Virus record (IMG/VR): IMGVR_UViG_3300026382_000017 | Coordinates: 1 to 60,818 of that record | DNA: 60,818 nt | From: a virus | Taxonomy: Duplodnaviria > Caudoviricetes | Direction: 5' to 3' (one strand) | In this document: one piece after another, positions 1 to 8,556 of the stretch | Layout of the letters: each line of letters starts with the position of its first letter | Numbering within the stretch: the first letter of the stretch is position 1 | Program-made: the position numbers and the translations under genes | Notes under the pieces: model-generated | Told to the model about the DNA's origin: nothing | The model's input: only the letters and a program-made list of their open reading frames with translations | The model's database searches: none

Positions 1-138
1 TTCTTTACTCTCCTTTCATATCATAGTCTGTAACATAGCATATCTACAAAAACTCTACAAAACCCCGAAAAATAGGGGTTTATAGATTGAAACAAAGTGC
101 GGAAAACCATATCATATAGTTAGTTATCTATTTATTCT
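1..138. repeat. Repeat family A, full copy 1 (nearly identical to 828-969); contains hairpin AAACCCC-GAAAAATA-GGGGTTT and the 29-bp core AAAGTGCGGAAAACCATATCATATAGTTA (94-122)
   Basis: Direct comparison: same as 828-969 except for one extra TAGT unit there. Confidence 0.95.
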
Positions 139-431
139 ACTAAATCTCTTGATGAACATTTATATAAAATGTAATTATCATTTTCTTCTATCACTTCAAA
201 TATAATATTATCTTTATTCTTTAAATTAGATAACACTGCTTTTGCTAATTTACTTCTATCTCTTCTTAATGCTCTGCCATTATCTGTCAAAGCTAAATTC
301 CAAACTAACAATCGTAATTTTATTTTTCTTACGTCAAAACTTAAATAAATATTCTTCTCTTTATCTACCCATTCGTTTTCGTTTAATTGTTCCAAATTTA
401 TTTTGTATTTTTTGTTTATTTCTTTTATCAT
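132..431 (-). CDS. Hypothetical phage protein
   Basis: 99-aa ORF with AAGGA RBS, co-oriented with the early region. Confidence 0.75.
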   Translation of the reverse strand: MIKEINKKYKINLEQLNENEWVDKEKNIYLSFDVRKIKLRLLVWNLALTDNGRALRRDRSKLAKAVLSNLKNKDNIIFEVIEENDNYILYKCSSRDLVE

Positions 432-452
432 TTTAATCCTTTCGTATTATAG

Positions 453-570
453 TTTTTAAAACACGCTCATAGACCCCTCTGAGAGGCTCTCTATTGAACG
501 AACGCAAATTTTGAATACAAACATACTACAAGCACTTTAAAAACGCTCTAAAGGCTTTATTTTGAAATAT
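453..570. repeat. Repeat family B copy 1 (118 bp, two hairpins)
   Basis: Shares TTTTTAAAACACGCTC...CTCTCTATTGAACGAACG...GGCTTTATTTTGAAATAT with 1858-1975 and 3705-3822. Confidence 0.9.
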
Positions 571-737
571 GTTGCAGAAGGCTTTGGTTTTTGCCCTGTT
601 TTATCGAGATTAATTTCTTTTTTATTTATTGTTACAGATTTTCCTGTTTCTTCTGTAATTATTAAATTGTTAATAGAATTTCCAAATTTTTCCTCTAATA
701 ACTCTATTAATTCTTGATTTGTCATTGCAATTATCAT
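537..737 (-). CDS. Hypothetical protein (3' end runs into repeat B)
   Basis: 66-aa ORF with AAGGAG RBS. Confidence 0.65.
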   Translation of the reverse strand: MIIAMTNQELIELLEEKFGNSINNLIITEETGKSVTINKKEINLDKTGQKPKPSATYFKIKPLERF

Positions 738-827
738 TTTATTCTCCTTTTAGTTAGTTTTACTTAAAATTATTTTTGTTAATACAAAAATATCAATACC
801 ATCAAAAAACCATTTATTACCTCCATA

Positions 828-969
828 TTCTTTACTCTCCTTTCATATCATAGTCTGTAACATAGCATATCTACAAAAACTCTACAAAACCCCGAAAAAT
901 AGGGGTTTATAGATTGAAACAAAGTGCGGAAAACCATATCATATAGTTAGTTAGTTATCTATTTATTCT
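828..969. repeat. Repeat family A, full copy 2 (core at 921-949)
   Basis: Near-identical to 1-138. Confidence 0.95.
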
Positions 970-1230
970 TTAATCAAACACTGTTACATCTATTATATCC
1001 TTTTTATTCTTTTTTAATTCTTCTTCTATTTTTTCTATTCTATTTTGTAATGCTTTGGTGACTGCTAATACTTCAAGTAATTTCCCCCAAGTTTTTTCAA
1101 CTTGACGAATTTTACTTTCTAATATTTTAGCATTCAAATTATAAGAAACCTTTTCCTCTTGTTTTGAGGATAAAGAAACTATTAGTGCAACAACACTTAG
1201 TAATAGTGATAAAAAAACAAATATTTCCAT
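970..1230 (-). CDS. Membrane-anchored coiled-coil protein
   Basis: N-terminal hydrophobic helix, then heptad-rich segment; AGGAG RBS. Confidence 0.75.
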   Translation of the reverse strand: MEIFVFLSLLLSVVALIVSLSSKQEEKVSYNLNAKILESKIRQVEKTWGKLLEVLAVTKALQNRIEKIEEELKKNKKDIIDVTVFD

Positions 1231-1306
1231 TTTAGCTCCTTCTTTTTAACTCCTCGAAAAATAGGGGTTTGTGACTTTTTCCTCATTAAAAATAATTACC
1301 CACATT

Positions 1307-1576
1307 TTATTCTTCTTCAATTAATTTTTCTAATTCTTCTACTTGTTCTTCTGTCAAATAATCATAAGGATCTATAATAATATCCCCGTCATAAAGAGTT
1401 AAACTACCATCCATTAATACTCCTATTTCATTAGGGATTACATCTAATCCCCTTTTAATTTCCATAGCTAAAAAGTCAAAAACTTCATTACTATAACTTT
1501 CTTCTACGTCATATTCATATGTTGGATATTTTGCTCCCCAAAATTCATCATAATATTTATGTTCATTTACAATCAT
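1307..1576 (-). CDS. Acidic hypothetical protein
   Basis: 89-aa D/E-rich ORF, AGGAG RBS. Confidence 0.75.
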   Translation of the reverse strand: MIVNEHKYYDEFWGAKYPTYEYDVEESYSNEVFDFLAMEIKRGLDVIPNEIGVLMDGSLTLYDGDIIIDPYDYLTEEQVEELEKLIEEE

Positions 1577-1577
1577 T

Positions 1578-1838
1578 TTATACTCCTTTTATTTTTATAT
1601 ATAGTCCTATATCTTTCAAATATGTAATTAACTCCTCTATATTTGTGAATTTAATTTTTTTATTTTTAACTTCAATTCCATCCTTTATTAAATTACAAAG
1701 TATTTTCCCCCAATTGCTTTCATCATATAATGTACCTACACCTAATTTTCCATTAAATGTTTGAAGTATATATCCTTCATATTTTAATCTATTCAACATA
1801 TAAATTTGTATTTTTGTTCCAACTTTATAACAATTCAT
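1578..1838 (-). CDS. Hypothetical protein
   Basis: 86-aa ORF, AAGGAG RBS, abuts the next gene. Confidence 0.7.
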   Translation of the reverse strand: MNCYKVGTKIQIYMLNRLKYEGYILQTFNGKLGVGTLYDESNWGKILCNLIKDGIEVKNKKIKFTNIEELITYLKDIGLYIKIKGV

Positions 1839-1857
1839 CTTATTCTCCTTTTTGTAA

Positions 1858-1975
1858 TTTTTAAAACACGCTCATAGACCCCTCTATAAGCCTCTCTATT
1901 GAACGAACGCAAAGTTTAAGTATCTATATAACCCAGAGCAACAAAAGTTGCTCAGAGGGCTTTATTTTGAAATAT
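1858..1975. repeat. Repeat family B copy 2
   Basis: Hairpins CTCATAGA-CCCC-TCTATAAG and GAGCAAC-AAAA-GTTGCTC. Confidence 0.9.
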
Positions 1976-1991
1976 GATAAATTTTGTTATG

Positions 1992-2315
1992 CTATATTAA
2001 ATCTGCAACAAAATCTTCAACTTCCTCTTTTGTAATATCATCTCTATCTAAAAGTTTTAAAGTCATATCATAAATATTTTTGTAATAAGTGAAGTCATTA
2101 CTAATTTTAATGTATTCTTGTTCTTTTTCAAGCCAATTTTCATCATTTAATTTTAATGTAGCTATAACTTTTTCCATAGCTGTTCTATCTTTTGGATTTT
2201 CAACTTTCCAAGCATTATATTCAACAACTTCTTTTTGTGATAACCATAGCTTTAACTCTGTCATTTTTCTTCTATTATCATCAATTTTTTGGATTAAGAT
2301 TTCTAATACTCTCAT
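1992..2315 (-). CDS. Hypothetical helical protein
   Basis: 107-aa ORF, AGGAG RBS. Confidence 0.75.
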   Translation of the reverse strand: MRVLEILIQKIDDNRRKMTELKLWLSQKEVVEYNAWKVENPKDRTAMEKVIATLKLNDENWLEKEQEYIKISNDFTYYKNIYDMTLKLLDRDDITKEEVEDFVADLI

Positions 2316-2349
2316 TTTGCTCTCCTTTTACTAAATTTTGTAAAGTGAA

Positions 2350-2889
2350 TTAAAAATATAACATAATAGAAGTATTCCATTTATTCAATTCGCTTGTAAA
2401 TCCACATGAGTTAGCAGAAATCCTTAAAAAATGATTTGATACTTTTACTTTGTCAGAATCAAATATTCTTATAATATCAAAAAACTTACTATTAAATTTT
2501 GTTAATACTACATAATTAATTTTATTAGCACAACAATTATACGTTTTTGATTCAATAGAATAAGGTATAAATTCTTTTAACACTAAAATTTCAATCTCTT
2601 TTCTTACTCCCTCAAAAATATCTTTGTGAATAAATAAAGTAGCGTATTCATAATTACTAATTTCTAACGCCCCAAATTTTTCCTCAGAAAAATCAAAACC
2701 AATATAATTTTTATACATTTCTATTGGCTCTAAATAAACTTTTGTTTTTCCTAAATTATTCTCAACTTCTTTGGACGAAAGAAATATATATCCAATCTTT
2801 CCACCCTTCATCAAAGAAATATAATACCCTCCTTTTTCCTTTTCAATCTTTAAATTATATAAAATTTTATTTTTAATAAGAAATTCCAT
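2350..2889 (-). CDS. Hypothetical protein
   Basis: 179-aa ORF, AAGGAG RBS. Confidence 0.75.
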   Translation of the reverse strand: MEFLIKNKILYNLKIEKEKGGYYISLMKGGKIGYIFLSSKEVENNLGKTKVYLEPIEMYKNYIGFDFSEEKFGALEISNYEYATLFIHKDIFEGVRKEIEILVLKEFIPYSIESKTYNCCANKINYVVLTKFNSKFFDIIRIFDSDKVKVSNHFLRISANSCGFTSELNKWNTSIMLYF

Positions 2890-2931
2890 GTATGCTCCTT
2901 TAATATTTTTTAATAAGATTTAAATTTATGC

Positions 2932-3001
2932 AAACCCCGAAAAATAGGGGTTTGTGAATTTTATAAAAGTGCGGAAACCATATCATATAGTTAGTTAGCT
3001 A
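2932..3001. repeat. Repeat family A, partial copy (hairpin plus core at 2966-2993, one A shorter)
   Basis: AAACCCCGAAAAATAGGGGTTT...AAAGTGCGGAAACCATATCATATAGTTAGTTAGCTA. Confidence 0.9.
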
Positions 3002-3017
3002 TATGTTTTTATATTTT

Positions 3018-3266
3018 TTAATGTAATTTCCTTTTATATTCTACAAATCTTTTATAAGGGGATAATCCTTTTTCTCTTTTTAAGATTATATCTTTTTCTT
3101 TTGTGTATTTTACCTTTACACTACTACCATCTTTAAATACATAAGTGACTATAACTTCTCCTGCCGAAATTCTTTTTTGTTTTTCAAATTCAACCTCTTC
3201 CATCGGGATAGCAACTTCTCCATTTTCTTCTTTAATTCTATCTGAAATGTATATAATTTCTTTCAT
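3018..3266 (-). CDS. Hypothetical protein
   Basis: 82-aa ORF whose start overlaps the upstream gene's stop. Confidence 0.7.
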   Translation of the reverse strand: MKEIIYISDRIKEENGEVAIPMEEVEFEKQKRISAGEVIVTYVFKDGSSVKVKYTKEKDIILKREKGLSPYKRFVEYKRKLH

Positions 3267-3682
3267 TTTATCCTCCTTTCAAATCTGTTGCATCCGAATT
3301 TCCAATCTGGAACTTTCATCTTTTTATAGTTATCAAACTCAAAAACTTCATTTTCTTCATTTTCACAGTAGCTTCCTTCTTCTTTGTAATATTTGCAATT
3401 TCCGCAGATTCTGTTTTCAAAATCAACAAAATTTTTGCTGGTCAATTTATTGTTTTGTTTTTCTACTTTCAAAAATTTTTCTGAAAAATATTCTGTATAA
3501 GGCTCTTCATATAAAAAATGCCACAAATTTTCATATTTCAAACAAGCTACAATTTCACTTCCTTCTTTAATCACAATTTCAAATCCTTTGTGGATATTTT
3601 TAATACACCAAGTAAAAATATCATCAATTATCTCATCTAAATAATTTTTATTATAGTTTGTTTTTGTTAGTGTAAATTTCAT
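3263..3682 (-). CDS. Hypothetical protein with C-terminal Cys cluster (CxxCxxY...C...C)
   Basis: CGNCKYY...C...FGCNRFE motif typical of small phage Zn-binding proteins; GAGGAG RBS. Confidence 0.75.
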   Translation of the reverse strand: MKFTLTKTNYNKNYLDEIIDDIFTWCIKNIHKGFEIVIKEGSEIVACLKYENLWHFLYEEPYTEYFSEKFLKVEKQNNKLTSKNFVDFENRICGNCKYYKEEGSYCENEENEVFEFDNYKKMKVPDWKFGCNRFERRIK

Positions 3683-3704
3683 TTTATCCTCCTCTTTGTT
3701 ATAG

Positions 3705-3822
3705 TTTTTAAAACACGCTCGTAGAGGGGTCTACGAGGCTCTCTATTGAACGAACGTAAGTTTTGAATACCTACATAGCCCAGAGCAACAAAAGTCGCTC
3801 AAAAGGCTTTATTTTGAAATAT
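3705..3822. repeat. Repeat family B copy 3 (hairpin loop inverted, GGGG)
   Basis: Perfect stem CTCGTAGA-GGGG-TCTACGAG; rest matches copies 1 and 2. Confidence 0.9.
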
Positions 3823-4039
3823 AACAATTTTTAGCATAACCATTTGAAAATATCCAATAATCTTCTTCTTCGATATAACTGACAATTTTATTTTTTGGGA
3901 TTACCCGTTCTCCATCTGACATTTGGCAGATTAACTGCCAATTTTTGTGCTGTTTCAGTTGATAAACAGGGTCTGTTAATTTTAGTCCATAGTAAAGTGT
4001 TACAAAAAGTAACATTAAACCTATATATTTAAACCACAT
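3809..4039 (-). CDS. Small membrane-anchored hypothetical protein
   Basis: N-terminal TM helix, AAGGA RBS. Confidence 0.7.
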   Translation of the reverse strand: MWFKYIGLMLLFVTLYYGLKLTDPVYQLKQHKNWQLICQMSDGERVIPKNKIVSYIEEEDYWIFSNGYAKNCYISK

Positions 4040-4050
4040 TTTTTATCCTT

Positions 4051-4377
4051 TTAATTATTATTTCTAAAAGCTTTACAAACATAAGGCACTCCATTATGTC
4101 TTACGATGTTGTGTGGTGTTACAACATCAGGTCTTGTGTCTTTCAAGGCATTTCTAACAACTGCACTTACAATATAATATGTGTTTTCTTGGGGTTCAGG
4201 TAATCCTACAACTTCCCCATATTTTAAGGAAATTATAAGAATATCGTCAATTGTATCAATTGTAGGAGTGTCATATGATACTCTTGCTACTTTCCCTGAT
4301 GTTGGGATTGTAATAATTCCTTTTGGTGTTAGCACATTTATATCGTGACTTGTTAAATTTATAAACTTTTTATCCAT
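4051..4377 (-). CDS. Conserved small phage protein of the NLT(P/S)H type; candidate ring nuclease-like
   Basis: Motifs INLTSH, PTSGKVARV, GLPEP..YIVS, RPDVVTP; start moved to the ATG at 4377 behind AAGGAG. Confidence 0.7.
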   Translation of the reverse strand: MDKKFINLTSHDINVLTPKGIITIPTSGKVARVSYDTPTIDTIDDILIISLKYGEVVGLPEPQENTYYIVSAVVRNALKDTRPDVVTPHNIVRHNGVPYVCKAFRNNN

Positions 4378-4457
4378 TTTCGCTCCTTTAAATTTTTTTG
4401 TGTTTATAATCAATGTAACCAGCTACTAAAATTAATAAAAAGAATTCCCAAAACATT

Positions 4458-5456
4458 TTAACTCCTTCTAATCTCTATATTTTGTGGTAAAATTACTAAT
4501 CTTTCATATGTATATTCGTCATATTCATCATAATATTCATCGTTATAAAGATGTTCAATTCTGAACTTTTCAAAAATTTTATGATAACCACATAAATTTT
4601 TCCATAATTCACTTGGCAGATTTCTCAATTCATCATAAAGTTTCAAATCTTCCGTATTAACTTCAACTTCAATGTTATTATATGTTACAAAAAGTAACAC
4701 TGCTAACCATTTTAGCCCATCTTTTATAAATAAATCATCATAATCAAATAAACGAAACTCAATAGTATTTCTTCCTGTGTAAATAATAGGCTGATACCTA
4801 TTTTTTTGTTTGAATTGATACTCACTTGGTCTATAATTTCCCCAAATATGATGACTTGTTATAGCTCTATATGTAGGGGAAATTTCCAATTTTTTTGCCA
4901 CAATATGTGGCTCTAAATTTTTTATTTTTTTAAATCTACTTTTATTTTTATAAGGAAAACTTATGTGTAAATGCATTCCGTTAAACACTAAACCCTCACA
5001 AACATAAATAGGTTTTGATACAAAATCAGGGTATAAATCCTCTTGCTCAAAATTTTTTTTGAATTCAAGTAGTCTTGAATGAATATCTATCTGAATTTTT
5101 TTCAATTCCTTATAAATATTTTTTACACTATCTGTTTTATTTATAACATAAAAGAAATTATTTAATTCAAACATTCCTCTATAGTATTCTCTTTCTATAT
5201 GATATTTTTCCCATAAGTCATCAGGAATATAGTTTGAGTTCAGCATAAATTCAAACTCAAATCCTATTTTAATTTTATCCGGAATTTTATCATATACTTT
5301 TTCGATAATTTCTTCTGGAATGTTGTCAGTATTCTTCACGTATAGCTCCATATCAGGAGCACATTGTTCTAATAGCTTCTGATATTTTTCTATTGTTTCG
5401 CTTGGCAATTTTATAACTTCTCCCCAATTTAAATTTTTTAATTTTATGACAGGCAT
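4458..5456 (-). CDS. Putative amidoligase (glutamine synthetase-like COOH-NH2 ligase)
   Basis: IGFEFEF, GMFELN, GMHLHIS, TIEFRLF motifs; start moved to the ATG at 5456 behind AAGGAG. Confidence 0.75.
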   Translation of the reverse strand: MPVIKLKNLNWGEVIKLPSETIEKYQKLLEQCAPDMELYVKNTDNIPEEIIEKVYDKIPDKIKIGFEFEFMLNSNYIPDDLWEKYHIEREYYRGMFELNNFFYVINKTDSVKNIYKELKKIQIDIHSRLLEFKKNFEQEDLYPDFVSKPIYVCEGLVFNGMHLHISFPYKNKSRFKKIKNLEPHIVAKKLEISPTYRAITSHHIWGNYRPSEYQFKQKNRYQPIIYTGRNTIEFRLFDYDDLFIKDGLKWLAVLLFVTYNNIEVEVNTEDLKLYDELRNLPSELWKNLCGYHKIFEKFRIEHLYNDEYYDEYDEYTYERLVILPQNIEIRRS

Positions 5457-5485
5457 TTTTTCTCCTTTTAGTGTTTTAGAGACCT

Positions 5486-6838
5486 TTAAAGGTCCCCATT
5501 TATATAAAACGCATAGCAACTTGGACACAATTTGAAACCATCTATATGTTCTATTTCCTCCTCATTTACTTCTTCTCCACAAAACTCACAATGAGTTATA
5601 TCATAAATTTCATCCTTTGGTGAAATTATATCATCATAGTCATAACTTTCGCTTTTAGGAAAGCTATAACATTCCTCTTTTTTCCAATCAAGTCTTGGCT
5701 CTATTTTCCCGGTATAAATATACATCCAAGCCTCTACAATTTCTCCGTTTTCTTTGACAACCTCAATCAATTCTCTTTTATAGAGAGAAGGATGTCCTTC
5801 AAGTATATCTAATGGTTTAAAATCTTTGACTTTATAAAGTTCACCACAAATAGCACTTGAAAATTCTTTATCATCACTTTCAATAACATAAGGAATTCCA
5901 GCTCCCCCCATTATATAGAAATTATCAAGAGTCACTGCATTTCCTATAAATTTCCCTCCTGCCTCTTTCATTATTCTATAATTTCCATAACCTTTTTTTA
6001 ATGTTCCATAAACAAATACCAAATCAACTCCTTCCGTATCATCTTTCAAGTATTTATAAGTATCGTCTCTATAATAATAAGAAGTGTAATATTTTTTAGG
6101 TCTTCCGTGTGCTTTACAGACTACGCATTCATCCTCCTCTGTGTGTAGGTGTTTCACTCCACACTCATAGCAATATTCAGGAATTAAGTACTCCCCATTT
6201 TTAATTTCAACTTCATTTTTTGCAAATTTTAATTTTTTAATAAAATAACTCCAACTTTTAAATCCAAAATTATACTGACCTTGAATAAGTTGCCAGTTTC
6301 CGCTTAAAACAGGCTCACTTGAAATTAAATCGCCTGTTTCGTAAAGAAATAGACTTCTTTTATCGTCATGATGAAAAAATGCCCTCTCTTTATCAAAACC
6401 AAATACTACACCTACTCCGTCAAGCATCTCTCTAAATGCTTGATTTTTAAAAGACATAAGACTTGCTAAATGTGCGATAACTTCAGTATCGCTTTGTAAT
6501 TTGTTTTTATATAATTCGTGTAGTGCTTTTTTAGTTCCATTATGGATTATAGCTATATCTTTTTTTACAATAGGGTGTGCCAATCTTTTAGTCACTTTCC
6601 CTATTGAAGCCCATCTATGATGGACTATAACAAACTTGTAATTTGTTTTGGCAATTTTATCAAATTTTTGTAAAAATTTCTCTTTTTTCAACTCTTTAAT
6701 AGCTTTGAAAGGTTTATTACCTCCATAATAAAATACCGCACCATAAGAGTCAGTTCCTCTATGCTCTTGGATTTCGAGCATTTCTTCTAACATTACTTCA
6801 TAATTTTTGTTTTTAACAAATCCGATTATTCCACACAT
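5486..6838 (-). CDS. Class II glutamine amidotransferase fused to gamma-glutamylcyclotransferase (AIG2-like), with Zn-ribbon segments
   Basis: MCGIIG N-terminal nucleophile, HRGTDSYG, HHRWAS, AHP, HNG, SDTE; then VFVYGTLKKG, GELY, LDILEG, AWMYIY; CxxC pairs. Confidence 0.9.
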   Translation of the reverse strand: MCGIIGFVKNKNYEVMLEEMLEIQEHRGTDSYGAVFYYGGNKPFKAIKELKKEKFLQKFDKIAKTNYKFVIVHHRWASIGKVTKRLAHPIVKKDIAIIHNGTKKALHELYKNKLQSDTEVIAHLASLMSFKNQAFREMLDGVGVVFGFDKERAFFHHDDKRSLFLYETGDLISSEPVLSGNWQLIQGQYNFGFKSWSYFIKKLKFAKNEVEIKNGEYLIPEYCYECGVKHLHTEEDECVVCKAHGRPKKYYTSYYYRDDTYKYLKDDTEGVDLVFVYGTLKKGYGNYRIMKEAGGKFIGNAVTLDNFYIMGGAGIPYVIESDDKEFSSAICGELYKVKDFKPLDILEGHPSLYKRELIEVVKENGEIVEAWMYIYTGKIEPRLDWKKEECYSFPKSESYDYDDIISPKDEIYDITHCEFCGEEVNEEEIEHIDGFKLCPSCYAFYINGDL

Positions 6839-6867
6839 TTTTTTTCTCCTTTTTTAAAATTTTTAAA

Positions 6868-6930
6868 AAGTTACAAATTGTAACTTTTTTGAGTGTCAAG
6901 GCATACTTCACCTTCAGACACTCAAAAAAG
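6868..6930 (-). repeat. Repeat family C copy 1: long hairpin plus AAGTTACAA-A-TTGTAACTT palindrome ahead of the RBS
   Basis: 63 bp identical to 8236-8298 and 10507-10569. Confidence 0.95.
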
Positions 6931-6953
6931 ACACATAAGAGACTAAAAAGTCT

Positions 6954-8210
6954 CTATTCTTGTAAAGCCTCTTGTAATGAGTTTGCTCTTTGTTTAAAAA
7001 ATTCTCTTAAATGGGGGTATTTGGTTTTGAATTCCATTACCCATTTTACAAATTTTTTAGGATTTTCTACCCCGTATCCTTTTTTTATGTATCTTATAAG
7101 AGCATCAAGAAATTCTACATTTTTGTAGTTTCTTGATGCAATAATATTTGCGTTGAATACTCGCACTTCTACCGTATGTATATTTTCCAAATTTATAGCA
7201 CAATATCTGCCTGTGCCACTATTATAGTCTTGGTCTTTATTTTCAGCTAAATTTTTCCACTTTGTTCTACAAACTTTATACTTCGCCCATCTATCGCTCT
7301 CTCTTTGAGCTATAAAGGACGTAAATTTTTTGTGTTTGTTTATAAAATAGAAAAACTTTTTGAATTCTTTATCATTTTCGAAAGCACTTCTACTTATATG
7401 AATGTGCATTCCTCCTCTATTGAAGGCACGGGCTTTTCCTCTAAAAATCTCTTCGATTTTTTCATAAAGTTTAGAGTTATAAAGGTATTCTAATGTCAAT
7501 GGATGGGTGACAATTTCAAATCCATTGTCAAGACTTCCGTCTTCTTTTAAATAAACCAAGCCTTCGAATTCTTCCATTAACTGTTCAGCAAGTTCATATT
7601 TGCTTTCATTTATTTTACCAATTTCAAGTTCAATTCCATAATACCATTTACCTTCCCCCTTAAATACAGGGGTAGGTTTGTAGTAATAGCCTTTTATTAA
7701 AGCATTACAATGCTCTTCATAACAATCAGTACAAAGCCATTCTTCTCTTTCCTCACAATATTCTCCATCATCAGAATAGTAAGTACCCTCACAGCACGCA
7801 CAATACTGAGTGTGTTCATCATAGCAATATCTACAAAGAATATAATTATCTGTTGTAATATATGTATTATTACGATGGATATATTCGTCACAATGTTCAC
7901 AACTAACATAATAATTATCCGCACAATTTTCACATACTGCTCCATCTTGAGTATCTATAGCAACATCATTGTGATAGTATTCGGCACAACCATCACAATA
8001 AAAATAATTACAATCAAGGCAATCTTCACAAACTAAATAACCATCGCCTGTTTCTATAAGGTCTTCTTGTGGAAAATATTCACCACAATTATCACATTTT
8101 GTATAGTGTTCTTCTAAACACTCTTCGCAAACTAAAGAACCTCCTCCTGTTTCTATAAGGTCTTCCTCTAAAAAAAAGTTACCACAGCATTCACATTTTC
8201 TTTTTTCCAT
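6954..8210 (-). CDS. Putative amidoligase with N-terminal tandem CxxC zinc-finger repeats
   Basis: About 5 tandem ~33-aa CxxC...CxxC units, then YGIELEI, KEDGSL..GFEIVTHP, GGMHIHIS, GRY.AIN, TVEVRVF; start moved to the ATG at 8210. Confidence 0.85.
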   Translation of the reverse strand: MEKRKCECCGNFFLEEDLIETGGGSLVCEECLEEHYTKCDNCGEYFPQEDLIETGDGYLVCEDCLDCNYFYCDGCAEYYHNDVAIDTQDGAVCENCADNYYVSCEHCDEYIHRNNTYITTDNYILCRYCYDEHTQYCACCEGTYYSDDGEYCEEREEWLCTDCYEEHCNALIKGYYYKPTPVFKGEGKWYYGIELEIGKINESKYELAEQLMEEFEGLVYLKEDGSLDNGFEIVTHPLTLEYLYNSKLYEKIEEIFRGKARAFNRGGMHIHISRSAFENDKEFKKFFYFINKHKKFTSFIAQRESDRWAKYKVCRTKWKNLAENKDQDYNSGTGRYCAINLENIHTVEVRVFNANIIASRNYKNVEFLDALIRYIKKGYGVENPKKFVKWVMEFKTKYPHLREFFKQRANSLQEALQE

Positions 8211-8235
8211 CTTTTTTCCTTTTTTAATTTTTTTT

Positions 8236-8298
8236 AAGTTACAAATTGTAACTTTTTTGAGTGTCAAGGCATACTTCACCTTCAGACACTCAAAAAAG
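8236..8298 (-). repeat. Repeat family C copy 2
   Basis: Identical to 6868-6930. Confidence 0.95.
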
Positions 8299-8301
8299 CA
8301 A

Positions 8302-8351
8302 CAAAATTTAATAAAATAAATTTTCGTCCTAATTTATTTTATTAAATTTTG
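8302..8351. repeat. Perfect 21-bp inverted repeat
   Basis: CAAAATTTAATAAAATAAATT-8nt-AATTTATTTTATTAAATTTTG. Confidence 0.85.
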
Positions 8352-8556
8352 ATAATATAATTCAAATAAAATTAGTAATTTTGTTGTTAAAAACTTTGTT
8401 ATTGTTTTCATTTCTTTTCGTATTTAAGGGCTATTTTGTGATTATCACCCAAATTTATAGAAATTTGCTAAAATCTATAAATTTGGGCGGGAATAGAATA
8501 TGGATGTTCTATAATGTCCATATTCGATTTTTGTAAAATTTTTTTGAAAGGAGACT

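Noticed and set aside
6868-6930. Hammerhead ribozyme in family C (CUGA motif)
   Set aside because: Reads CUGAAGG rather than CUGANGA, and lacks the GAAA and three-way junction
8211-8279. N-terminal extensions given by the ORF track for 6954-8279, 4458-5528 and 4051-4413
   Set aside because: They run through repeat C or upstream sequence; internal ATGs at 8210, 5456 and 4377 have clear RBSs
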